A DNA stretch of 29,011 nt, taken from the NCBI GenBank assembly GCA_041496385.1, contig JBGQEL010000048.1:1-29011 (forward strand), read 5' to 3'. The position numbers were made by a program, and so were the translations under genes. Shown here one piece after another: positions 8,852-17,327 of the stretch (position 1 is its first letter; each line of letters begins with the position of its first letter). A model generated the notes under the pieces. That model saw only the letters and a program-made list of their open reading frames with translations, searched no databases and was not told the origin of the DNA. The stretch comes from Candidatus Methylomirabilia bacterium. GTDB lineage: Bacteria; Methylomirabilota; Methylomirabilia; Rokubacteriales; CSP1-6.

Positions 8852-10905
8852 CGCACCCGCTCCAACAAATACGACCCGTGGCGGTCGCATTCCAGTTTCC
8901 ACGCGGGCGGCAGGACCACGGCGGTCGCCGGCAGCTCGACGATGGCCGGCCCCGGGAGCCGCGCGCCGGCGCCGAGCCGCTCGCCGTCGAAGACGTCCAC
9001 CTCCGCGAACACGTGCTCCTCGCCGAGCCAGGCACGGCGCCGGCCGCGGCGCGCCGCGGCCGCGTCCCCCGGCGGCACCTCGGGCAGCGCGGGCTTCTCC
9101 ACGAGCCCGGTCGCGACGGCGCGCACGTTGACCAGCTCGAGCGGCGTCTCCGGCAGCGCGTAGCCGTAGAGCCGGTCGTGGGTTTCATTGAAGCGCTTGG
9201 ACACGCCGTCGAGATCGCCCGCGGCCGCCTCCTCGGCGAGGAGCGGCACGCCCACCTCGTGGTGCTGGCCGAGGTAGCGGACGTCGCACCCGAGCGTCAC
9301 GGCGCGCCGCGCCTCGGCGACGCCCTCGCGCGCGAGCGCGGCGCGCCCGTCGGCGGCGAGCGCCTGGCAGACGCGCGCGAGCCGCGCCGGGTCGATCCGC
9401 TCGAAAGCCGTCACGTAGCTCTGGACGAAGTCGTGCCGGAGGTCCGAGAAGAGCATGCCCGCCGCGCAGAAGATGGACGAGTCGCGCGGCACGAGGATCG
9501 TCGGCAGGCCCAGCTCACGCGCGAGCGCGGCGGCGTGGACCGGCCCGGCGCCGCCCGCGACGACGAGCGGAAAGCCGCGCGGGTCGTGGCCGCGCTCCAC
9601 GGTGACGTGGCGGATCCCCGCCGCCATATTCGCATCGATCACGTCGAGCATGCCGGCGGCCGCCGCCTCGACCGAGCGCCCGAGCGGTCCGGCGAGCGTC
9701 TCCACGGCGCGCCGCGCCGCCGCCGCGTCGAGGGGCAGCCGCCCGCCAAGAAACCGCGCCGGGTCGAGATAGCCGAGCAGGAGATCGGCGTCGGTGCAGG
9801 TCGGCAGCGTGCCGCCGCGGCCGTAGCAGGCGGGACCCGGCTGGGCGCCGGCGCTCTGCGGCCCCATGCGCAGGAGCCCGCCCTCGTCGATCCAGCCGAT
9901 GGAGCCCCCACCCGCGCCGATCGTGTGGATCGCGAGCATCGGGAGCCCGAACGGGTAGCGCTCGACGCGCCCCTCCGACGTCATCGCCGGCGCCCCGTCC
10001 TTCACGAGGCACACGTCGAAGGACGTGCCGCCCATGTCCACGGTGATGCAGTCGCGCATCGCGTGGGGCGCGGTGTACGCCGCGGCCGCCGCCGGCGCCG
10101 CGGCGGGCCCCGAGAGCAGCGTGCTCGCCGCGACCGCGCGCGCGGCCGCCGGCGCGGCCACGCCGCCGTTGGATTGCATGACGAGCAGCGTGCCGCCGAA
10201 GCCCGCCTCGCCGAGGCGCGCGGTGAGACGGTCGAGGTAGCGGCCCAGGACGGGGCCGACGGCCGCGTTCAGCACCGTCGTGCTGACGCGCTCGGTGAAA
10301 CGGATCTGCGGCAGGACTGCGGACGAGCGCGACACGTAGGCCGCGGGCAGCGCGGCCGCCGTGCGGCGTTCGGCCTCGACCTCGTGCGCCGGGTTCGCCC
10401 ACGCGTGCATGAAGCAGATCGCGACCGCCTCCACGCCCGCCTCGCGGAACCGCGCCAGCGCCTCGCTCACGTCGGCCGCGTCCAGCGGCGTCAGGACCCG
10501 GCCCTCGGCGTCCACGCGCTCGGTGACGGGCAGGCGGAGCCAGCGGGGCACGAGGGGCTCCGGCGCGCGGTAACGGTTGTCGTACTGGGCCTCGCGGATC
10601 CCCCGGCGCATCGCGAGCGCGTCGCGGAAGCCGCGCGTGGTGAGCAGCCCCACGCGCGCCAGGTCGCCCGTGAGCACCGCGTTCGTCGTGATCGTCGTGC
10701 CGTGGACGATCAGCTCGACCGCGGCCAGAAAGTCGGCGAGTGGCGTCCCCTCGCCCGCGGCCATCTCGGCGAGCCCGGCGAAGACGCCATCGGTGGGATC
10801 GGGCGGCGTGCTCGGCACCTTGACGGCGCGCGGCGCGCCCGCAGCCGGCTGGAGCAGGAAGTCGGTGAACGTCCCGCCGACGTCGACGCCGATGCGATAG
10901 CTCAC
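8848..10905 (-). CDS. Hydantoinase A/oxoprolinase family ATP-binding subunit (copy 2)
   Basis: From GTG at 10905 (MSYRIGVDVGGTFTDF). HGTTITTNA, MQSNGG, LSGPAA, DMGGTSFDV, IGAGGGSI, PGPACYGRGG, GGAGPVH. Confidence 0.94.
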   Translation of the reverse strand: MSYRIGVDVGGTFTDFLLQPAAGAPRAVKVPSTPPDPTDGVFAGLAEMAAGEGTPLADFLAAVELIVHGTTITTNAVLTGDLARVGLLTTRGFRDALAMRRGIREAQYDNRYRAPEPLVPRWLRLPVTERVDAEGRVLTPLDAADVSEALARFREAGVEAVAICFMHAWANPAHEVEAERRTAAALPAAYVSRSSAVLPQIRFTERVSTTVLNAAVGPVLGRYLDRLTARLGEAGFGGTLLVMQSNGGVAAPAAARAVAASTLLSGPAAAPAAAAAYTAPHAMRDCITVDMGGTSFDVCLVKDGAPAMTSEGRVERYPFGLPMLAIHTIGAGGGSIGWIDEGGLLRMGPQSAGAQPGPACYGRGGTLPTCTDADLLLGYLDPARFLGGRLPLDAAAARRAVETLAGPLGRSVEAAAAGMLDVIDANMAAGIRHVTVERGHDPRGFPLVVAGGAGPVHAAALARELGLPTILVPRDSSIFCAAGMLFSDLRHDFVQSYVTAFERIDPARLARVCQALAADGRAALAREGVAEARRAVTLGCDVRYLGQHHEVGVPLLAEEAAAGDLDGVSKRFNETHDRLYGYALPETPLELVNVRAVATGLVEKPALPEVPPGDAAAARRGRRRAWLGEEHVFAEVDVFDGERLGAGARLPGPAIVELPATAVVLPPAWKLECDRHGSYLLERVR

Positions 10906-11330
10906 GGGCACTGGCAGAGCTCCACGATGAGGCCCGTCGCGGGCTCGGGGTCGAGGAACGCGATCATCCCGTGGGCGCCGCGCACGGGGAAGCCGGGCAC
11001 GACGCGGTAGCCGCGGCGCTCGACCTCGCTCAGCGCGGCGGCCAGATCGTCCACGCGGAAGCACAGATGGTGAACGCCGTCGCGCTTCGCCAGCGTCGGG
11101 CCGAAGCGCTCGACGATCGGCCCCGTGTACTCGACCAGCTCGATGCGCGCGCCGCCGACCGCGAAGAACGCGACGCGCACGCCGACGTCGCTCTGCCAGC
11201 GGTCGCCGGCCGGGACGCCCGTGAGGCGCTCGAAGCCCGCGACGGCGCGCTCCAGATCATCCACCACGATGCCGACGTGGAGCAGCTCGCGCAGGAGCCC
11301 GGGTACCGCGTCGGCGAGCACTGGTTTCAT
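10902..11330 (-). CDS. VOC-fold protein, methylmalonyl-CoA epimerase-like
   Basis: From ATG at 11330. HVGIVV, IELVE, GVHHLCFRVDD, RGAHGMIAFLDP, GLIVELCQ match the His/Glu metal ligands and GAHG-x-AF motif of acyl-CoA epimerases. Confidence 0.8.
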   Translation of the reverse strand: MKPVLADAVPGLLRELLHVGIVVDDLERAVAGFERLTGVPAGDRWQSDVGVRVAFFAVGGARIELVEYTGPIVERFGPTLAKRDGVHHLCFRVDDLAAALSEVERRGYRVVPGFPVRGAHGMIAFLDPEPATGLIVELCQCP

Positions 11331-11809
11331 GCGCGCCGCGCCTCGAAGCGGCAGAGCTGCGCCCCCGTGGCTGCGCACGACGTCTCGGCAACGGTGACAG
11401 GCTCGCCCAGCGCCAGCTCGGCCAGGCGCTCCAGGACGCCGCGCGTGAGGTGGCAGACGGGCCCGGGTGCTGCGCCGTACGCCGCGGCGAAGGGCGAGTC
11501 GCGCACGCTGACGACCAGCTCCGACGGCGTCAGGCGCTCGAGGGCGAACGCGCCCCAGCCGATCTCGCCGCCCATCACCAGAAGCCGCTCGACCGCTTCC
11601 GCCGCCGGCGCGGCGAGCGCGGCGAGCGCCGAGCCGCCGCCCGCGCGGCCGCCGGCCAGGAGGCAGGCCGTGGCGCGCTCGCCGAGCGCCGCCTCGGCCG
11701 CCTTCTGGAGCGCGGCGAGAGTCTCGGGCCGGACGAGGAGATACCGCGAGCCCCGGTACTCGAGCCGTCCCGGGCGGTTCCCGGAAAGCTCGCCGAGCAC
11801 ACGGTTCAT
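11327..11809 (-). CDS. Stand-alone V4R / XylR-N-like small-molecule binding domain protein
   Basis: From ATG at 11809 (MNRVLGELSG...). RYLLVRPETL, IGWG, DSPFA, PVCHLTRGVL, ETSCAATGAQLCRFE (Cys/Glu Zn ligands of V4R). Confidence 0.82.
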   Translation of the reverse strand: MNRVLGELSGNRPGRLEYRGSRYLLVRPETLAALQKAAEAALGERATACLLAGGRAGGGSALAALAAPAAEAVERLLVMGGEIGWGAFALERLTPSELVVSVRDSPFAAAYGAAPGPVCHLTRGVLERLAELALGEPVTVAETSCAATGAQLCRFEARRA

Positions 11810-12762
11810 GCGCTCCTCACGTGCGGGAGCACCTGCTCGGCGAGGTCGCGGACCATCGCGAGCTTGTCCCGCGAGAGCAGGAAGATGTTGACGTGGCGCA
11901 CGCCGAGGGCGAGCACGTCCTTGATCCGCCGGATCCACAAATCCGCGGGCCCGGCCACGGTGAAGCGCTCGATCATCTGGTCGGTGACGTGGGTGAACGC
12001 GCCCTCGGCGCCGTCGAAGTGGCCGCCGGCGTACGCGGCGCGGATCCGCCGCGCGACGTCTTGCGGCACGCCGGCCAGCTCGGCGGCGCGGGGCGCGGTC
12101 TGGGGGAACCACGCGGCCATCGGCGCGCACTCGCGGCGCGCGAGGTCCGCGTCGTCGCGCAGCGAGCCCGCGATGGTGCAGGCGACGTCGAGCGCCGCCG
12201 GGTCGCGGCCGGCGGCGCGCGCGCCCTCGCCGATCCGCGCCAGCGCCCACTCGACGCACGGCGAGTACACGCCGCCGAAGAAGAGCACGCCGTCCGCGGC
12301 CTCGCCGCCGAGCGCCAGCATGCGCGGCCCCGAGGCCGCGACATAGACCGGCAGGGGCGAGGGCAGCGGCACGTGGAGGCCCTCGCCCGCGCGGAGCACG
12401 CCGATCAGCTCGCGGACTCTTGCCACGGGTGCCGCGCGATAGCCGAGCTCGGTCACGGGCCGGTCGCCGGTGCCCACCGCGACCGCGGCGCGCCCGCCCG
12501 ACAGCTCGTGGAGCGTCGCCATCGCGTTGAGCGTGATCGCGGGGTGGCGCGTGAACGGGTGGGTGCAGTTCGGGCCGAAGACGAGGCGGCGCGACTCGGT
12601 CGCGACGAGCGTGAGATACGGGTAGACGTCGCGCGCGTGGAGCGACGAGTCGCAGACCCAGAGCGCGTCGAATCCCCCGCCCTCGACTTCCCGTATCAGC
12701 TCCTTGAACCGACCGGGCGGGTCGGTCGCCATCGTCGTCACCCCGAATCGCAGGGCGCTCAC
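11806..12762 (-). CDS. LLM-class (luciferase-like, Mer-like) flavin/F420-dependent oxidoreductase
   Basis: From GTG at 12762. GFDALWVCDS, THPFTRHPAITLNAMATLHELSGGR, GTGD, PVYVAASGPRMLALGGEAADGV. Confidence 0.88.
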   Translation of the reverse strand: MSALRFGVTTMATDPPGRFKELIREVEGGGFDALWVCDSSLHARDVYPYLTLVATESRRLVFGPNCTHPFTRHPAITLNAMATLHELSGGRAAVAVGTGDRPVTELGYRAAPVARVRELIGVLRAGEGLHVPLPSPLPVYVAASGPRMLALGGEAADGVLFFGGVYSPCVEWALARIGEGARAAGRDPAALDVACTIAGSLRDDADLARRECAPMAAWFPQTAPRAAELAGVPQDVARRIRAAYAGGHFDGAEGAFTHVTDQMIERFTVAGPADLWIRRIKDVLALGVRHVNIFLLSRDKLAMVRDLAEQVLPHVRSA

Positions 12763-13868
12763 CGGAGCGTCCGCGTCCACAGTGGCGAGGCCCAGCCCTC
12801 GTCCAGGAGCGCGCGGATCTCGCGGCGGCTGAGATCGCCGAGCCCAAGGCCCTCGAGCGCGCGCCCGCGTCCCGACAGCTCCCGGCCGAGCAGCACCCCG
12901 AACAGCAGCAGGAGTCCGCTGGTCGCCGGCGTCGCGACGCCCGCCGCGCGCGCGGCGGACTCGAAGAGCGCCAGGCCGAGCGCCGCGTCCTCGGTGACGT
13001 AGCGGTGCTCGAACGTGAGGATCTCGCTCCAGAGCCCGCTGGCGACGAGCTTGGCCTTGGCGCCCTCGCCGTAGAGGCCCTCGGCCGCGCGGCGCTCGTC
13101 GTAGTAGGTCGCGAGCTCGTAGTGCGGCGCGGGATAGTCCCAGCCCCGCCGCGTGGCGACGCGCTCGCCGTCCACCGCGTCGATCAGCCGCCGCACGCTC
13201 GGCGTCGTCCCGGCCGCGTGGACGTCGAAGCGTCCGGCGTCGATCGGCCCGGCGTTCAGGAGCACGAGCGGCGGGTGGATCACCGGACCCGCGTTGGTGA
13301 GCGCGACGTCGAGGGCGTCCGCGCACGGGCGGATCGCGGGAAAGAGCTCGCCGAGGCGCACGAGCGTGTCGTCCGTGCGCGACGCGGGGAACACGCCCGC
13401 CGGCAGGTTCGCGGCGCGCACGGGCGCCGTCACCACGGCCGGCCCCGTCCGCCGCGTGAGGTAGGGCAGCGTCCCGGTCTCGGCGAGCGCGCGGGGCAGG
13501 CGCCCGCCCGCGCGCGCCAGCGCCTGCGCGAGCGCCACGCTGCCGAGCGTGCCGGGCGTGAGCAGGACGATCTGGCGGTCGTTGACGTGCGGCGCGAGCC
13601 GCTTGGCGAGATCCTCGTGGCTCGTCGCGGGCAGCGGCGCGATCAGCACCTCGGCGCCCTCGACGGCGTCGCCGAGCTCGGTCGTCGCGCGCTCGAGCCG
13701 TGCGCTGCCCTGCCGTCCCTCGGCGACCAGCATGATCGCCGGATCGTCGAGCAGCGGGCCGAGCGCCTCCGCCGAGCGCGCCCAGAGCCGCACGCGGTGG
13801 CCGGCGAGCGCCAGATCCGCCGCTGTCGTGAAGCCGCCGTTGCTCCCGCCGAGGACGGCGACGATCAC
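12759..13868 (-). CDS. NAD/NADP octopine/nopaline (opine) dehydrogenase family protein
   Basis: From GTG at 13868. VAVLGGSNGGFTTAADL (Rossmann), LTPGTLGS, AETGTLPY, LTNAGPVIHPP, DGERV, HRYVTED. Confidence 0.88.
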   Translation of the reverse strand: MIVAVLGGSNGGFTTAADLALAGHRVRLWARSAEALGPLLDDPAIMLVAEGRQGSARLERATTELGDAVEGAEVLIAPLPATSHEDLAKRLAPHVNDRQIVLLTPGTLGSVALAQALARAGGRLPRALAETGTLPYLTRRTGPAVVTAPVRAANLPAGVFPASRTDDTLVRLGELFPAIRPCADALDVALTNAGPVIHPPLVLLNAGPIDAGRFDVHAAGTTPSVRRLIDAVDGERVATRRGWDYPAPHYELATYYDERRAAEGLYGEGAKAKLVASGLWSEILTFEHRYVTEDAALGLALFESAARAAGVATPATSGLLLLFGVLLGRELSGRGRALEGLGLGDLSRREIRALLDEGWASPLWTRTLR

Positions 13869-15058
13869 CGGATCACTCCCGCGCGCCTGAGCTCGGCGAT
13901 GCGCGCGGCCGGATACTTGAGCAGGTCTCCCAGCACCAGGTCGGTGTGCTCGCCGAGTCCGGGCGGCGGCTCGACGTGGAGCCCCATCGCCCCGTCCACC
14001 TTGAGGGGCGTCCCGAGCGTCGGCAGCGTTCCGAGGACTGGGTGAGCCATCTCGACGATCATCCCCCGCTCCTTGACTTGCGGATCGTCGAGCACGCGGT
14101 CCACGGCGTGGATCGGCGCCACGGGCACGCCGGCGGCCTGGAAGCGGGCGAGCCAGTCGGCCGTCGTGCGCGTCCGGAGCTCGGCCTCGACCAGGGGCAT
14201 CAGCGCCTCGCGCTGCGCCACGCGGTCGCGATTGGTCGCGAAGCGCGGATCGCGCTCCCACTCCGGGTGCTCGATGGCGCGGCAGAACCCGCTCCAGAAC
14301 TTCTCGGCGAAGACCGCGACGATCAGGTGGCCGTCCCGCGTCGCGAGCGCGCCGTAGGGCACGACGGAGGCGTGCGCCGAGCCGAGCGGCCCCGGCACGC
14401 GGCCGTCGGTCCAGAAGTACTGGGCGATGTAGGTCAGGAGCGAGACCTGGCAGTCGAGCAGCGAGAGGTCCACGTGCGCGCCCTCGCCCGTGCGCTCGCG
14501 CCGGAAGAGCGCGCCGGCGACCGCGAAGGCGCCGAAGATCCCGCCCGCGAGGTCGCCCATCGGCAGGCCCATGCGCACCGGGCGGCCGCCCGGCTCGCCG
14601 GTGAGCGACAGGCCTCCGCCGAGCGCCTGGAGCGCCAGGTCGAACGCGGGCCAGTCGCGGTACGGCCCCTCCTGCCCGTAGGCGGAGATCGAGCAAACGA
14701 TGACGCGCTGGTTCAGCGACCAGAGCTTGGCGTAGCCGCAGCCGAGGCGCTCCATGATGCCGGGGCGGAAATTCTCGAGGACGACGTCGGCCTGGCGGAC
14801 GAGGTCGTGGAACACCTCGCGCCCGGTGTCCTTCGTGAGGTCGAGCGCGACGGACTTCTTGTTGCGGTTGATCGCGAGGAAGTACGCGCTCTCGCCGTCC
14901 GGCAGGAACGGCGGGCCCATCGCACGGATCGGGTCGCCGCCGTCGGGCTCCTCGATCTTGATGACCTCGGCGCCCATGTCCGCCAGGAGCAGCGAGCCGT
15001 AGGGCCCCGCGAGCATGCGCGAGAGGTCGAGGACCCGCACGCCTTCGAAGAGCTTCAC
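13865..15058 (-). CDS. CoA transferase family III (CaiB/BaiF)
   Basis: EGVRVLDLSRMLAGPYG, NRNKKSVALDL, ENFRPG, ISAYGQEGP, GLPMGDLAGG (catalytic Asp), PPGLGEHT. Confidence 0.95.
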   Translation of the reverse strand: MKLFEGVRVLDLSRMLAGPYGSLLLADMGAEVIKIEEPDGGDPIRAMGPPFLPDGESAYFLAINRNKKSVALDLTKDTGREVFHDLVRQADVVLENFRPGIMERLGCGYAKLWSLNQRVIVCSISAYGQEGPYRDWPAFDLALQALGGGLSLTGEPGGRPVRMGLPMGDLAGGIFGAFAVAGALFRRERTGEGAHVDLSLLDCQVSLLTYIAQYFWTDGRVPGPLGSAHASVVPYGALATRDGHLIVAVFAEKFWSGFCRAIEHPEWERDPRFATNRDRVAQREALMPLVEAELRTRTTADWLARFQAAGVPVAPIHAVDRVLDDPQVKERGMIVEMAHPVLGTLPTLGTPLKVDGAMGLHVEPPPGLGEHTDLVLGDLLKYPAARIAELRRAGVIR

Positions 15059-17325
15059 GCGCGGCGCGCCTCGAGCGCCGCGCGCACGCGCGCCGGCGTG
15101 ATCGGCAGCTCGGTGAAGCGGACGCCGATCGCGTCGTTCACGGCGTTGGCGACGGCCGCGGCCACCGGGATGACGCCCGACTCGCCGAGGCCCTTGGCGC
15201 CGAACGGCCCTTCCGCGTCGAGACTCTCGATGAGCGTCACGGCGATCTCGGGCATGTCGTCGGCCTTGAGGATCGCGTAGTCCATGAAGGACTGCGTCAG
15301 GACCTGGCCCTGCTCGACGACGAGCTGCTCGCTGAGCGCGTAGCCGAGCCCCATGTGGATGCCGCCGTGCACCTGCCCCTCCGCCGCGCCGGGGTTGAGG
15401 GCGCGGCCGACGTCATGGGCGGAGGCGATCTTGCGCACCTCGATCTTGCCCGTCTCGGGGTCGACGTCCACGAGCACCGCCTGGAACGCGGAGGTGTACG
15501 CGGCGGAGACGTTGCCCTGGAGGTCCTTGTCGAGCATCGCGGTCGGCGGATCGTAGAAGGCCTCGGCGACGAGCACGCGCCCGCCGTCCCGGAAGTGCCC
15601 GGCGCGGGCGACCTCCTCGTACGCGAGGCGCCGCGACGGATTCGCCTTGACGAAGACGAACCCCGCCCGGACGTCGAGCGCCGCCGCGGGCGCCTCGAGC
15701 TCGGCGGCGGCCATCTCGAGCAGCTCGCCCTTGAGCTTCAGGGCCGCCAGGCGCGCGGCGTTGCCGCCGACGAACGTGGTCCGGCTCGCGTGCGTGCCCA
15801 CGTCCCAGGGCCGCACGCTCGTGTCGGAGTTCACCACGTCCACGCGCTCGAGGGGCACGCCGAGGGTCTCGGCGACGATCATCGCCAGCACGGTCTCGGA
15901 GCCCTGCCCGATCTCGGTCGCCCCCGTGATGAGCGTGACCTTGCCGAAGTCGTCGAGCTTGACGATGGCGCCGCAGCCGTCGGAGCGATAGATGCGCGCG
16001 CCGCCCCCGACGTGGAACATCCCGGCGTAGCCGAGGCCGCGCTTCCAGCCGGGCCTGAGCGGCGGCGCGCCTCGCCGGATCTCGTCCGCCGCGGCCTCGA
16101 TGCACTCGCTCATCGCGAAGGACGTCAGCTCGAACCCCTGCGGGTTCACGTCGCCCGGCTTCGAGGCGTTCCGGCGCCGCAGCTCGAGCCGGTCCATGCC
16201 GAGGCGTGCGGCCAGCTCGTCCATCTGCGACTCGACGGCGAACGTGGACTCGGGGTTGCCGTATCCGCGCATCGAGCCCGAGTAGGGGTTGTTCGTGTAG
16301 ACGATCGTCGTGTCGAAGCGCACCGCCGGCACGCGGTAGAGGCCGGCGACGGTCGAGAGCATCACGTAGGGGGTCGTCGAGCCCCAGGAGGTGTAGGCGC
16401 CGTTGTCGATCGTCACGTGGGCCTCGCGCGCGAGGAGCCGGCCGTCCCGGTCCGCCGCGGTCCGCAGGCGGATCGAGCACGGCTCGCGGGTCGGGCAGGC
16501 GATGAACTCCTCGACCCGGTCGAACTCGATCTTCACGGGCCGGCGCACGCGGCGCGCCAGGAGGGCCGCGATCACGTCGATCGGATAGATGTCGAGGCCG
16601 CGGCCGAAGTTGCCGCCGACGGGCGGTTGCAGCACGCGCACGCGGTCGCCCGTGATCCCGAGCGCGGCGGCGAGGTCCCGCTGATAGAGAAAGGGGATCT
16701 GCGTCGTCGTCCACATGGTGAGGCTGTCGGACGCGTCCCAGTCGGCGATCGCGGCCATCGTGCCGAGGCACGCCGGCGTCACGAACGGCAGGCGATACGT
16801 GTTCTCGACGACCGCCGCCGCCCCGGCGAAGGCGCCGTCGACGTCGCCGTGGACGAACTGGTAGCGGAGCGCGTGCAGGTTCGTCCCGAGCTGCTCATGG
16901 ACCAGCGGGGCGCCGGGCGCCAGCGCCGCGGCCGGGTCGAAGACCGCCGGCAGCTCCTCGTACTCGACGCGGATCAGGTCGAGCGCCGCCTCGGCGAGCT
17001 CCGGCGTCTCCGCGGCCACCGCGGCGATCTCGTCGCGGATGCAGCGGACCTTGTTGCGCTTGAGCGCCGTCTGGTCCCTGGCGAAGCCGAAGGGCTGCGG
17101 CTCCACGTCCTCCCCGGTGAGCACCGTGAACACGCCCGGCAGGCGGAGCGCGCCCGAGGCGTCGATGCGCACGATCCGCGCGTGCGGGTGGCGCGTGCGC
17201 AAGATCCTCCCGTGCGCCATGCGCGGCAGCGCGAGGTCTTGGAGGTACCGCGTGCGGCCCGTCGCCTTCTCGGCGCCGTCGCGCTTCCTGGTCGTCTTGC
17301 CGATGACGTCGAACGGTCCGCCCAT
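15055..17325 (-). CDS. Xanthine dehydrogenase-family molybdopterin-binding large subunit (4-hydroxybenzoyl-CoA reductase alpha / aldehyde oxidoreductase-like)
   Basis: From ATG at 17325 (MGGPFDVIGKTTRKRDGAEKATG). HPHARI, VGGNFG, SMRGYG, EIGQGS, GTHASR, EGQVHGG, GPFGAKGLGE. 756 aa. Confidence 0.93.
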   Translation of the reverse strand: MGGPFDVIGKTTRKRDGAEKATGRTRYLQDLALPRMAHGRILRTRHPHARIVRIDASGALRLPGVFTVLTGEDVEPQPFGFARDQTALKRNKVRCIRDEIAAVAAETPELAEAALDLIRVEYEELPAVFDPAAALAPGAPLVHEQLGTNLHALRYQFVHGDVDGAFAGAAAVVENTYRLPFVTPACLGTMAAIADWDASDSLTMWTTTQIPFLYQRDLAAALGITGDRVRVLQPPVGGNFGRGLDIYPIDVIAALLARRVRRPVKIEFDRVEEFIACPTREPCSIRLRTAADRDGRLLAREAHVTIDNGAYTSWGSTTPYVMLSTVAGLYRVPAVRFDTTIVYTNNPYSGSMRGYGNPESTFAVESQMDELAARLGMDRLELRRRNASKPGDVNPQGFELTSFAMSECIEAAADEIRRGAPPLRPGWKRGLGYAGMFHVGGGARIYRSDGCGAIVKLDDFGKVTLITGATEIGQGSETVLAMIVAETLGVPLERVDVVNSDTSVRPWDVGTHASRTTFVGGNAARLAALKLKGELLEMAAAELEAPAAALDVRAGFVFVKANPSRRLAYEEVARAGHFRDGGRVLVAEAFYDPPTAMLDKDLQGNVSAAYTSAFQAVLVDVDPETGKIEVRKIASAHDVGRALNPGAAEGQVHGGIHMGLGYALSEQLVVEQGQVLTQSFMDYAILKADDMPEIAVTLIESLDAEGPFGAKGLGESGVIPVAAAVANAVNDAIGVRFTELPITPARVRAALEARRA

Positions 17326-17327
17326 GC

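Noticed and set aside
7169..10905. Acetone or acetophenone carboxylase
   Set aside because: Same superfamily, but no gamma or other accessory subunits are adjacent to either A+B pair, so no specific call is made.
15055..17325. Aerobic CO dehydrogenase large subunit (coxL)
   Set aside because: Lacks the AYRCSFR (or form II AYRGAGR) active-site loop; has SMRGYG instead.
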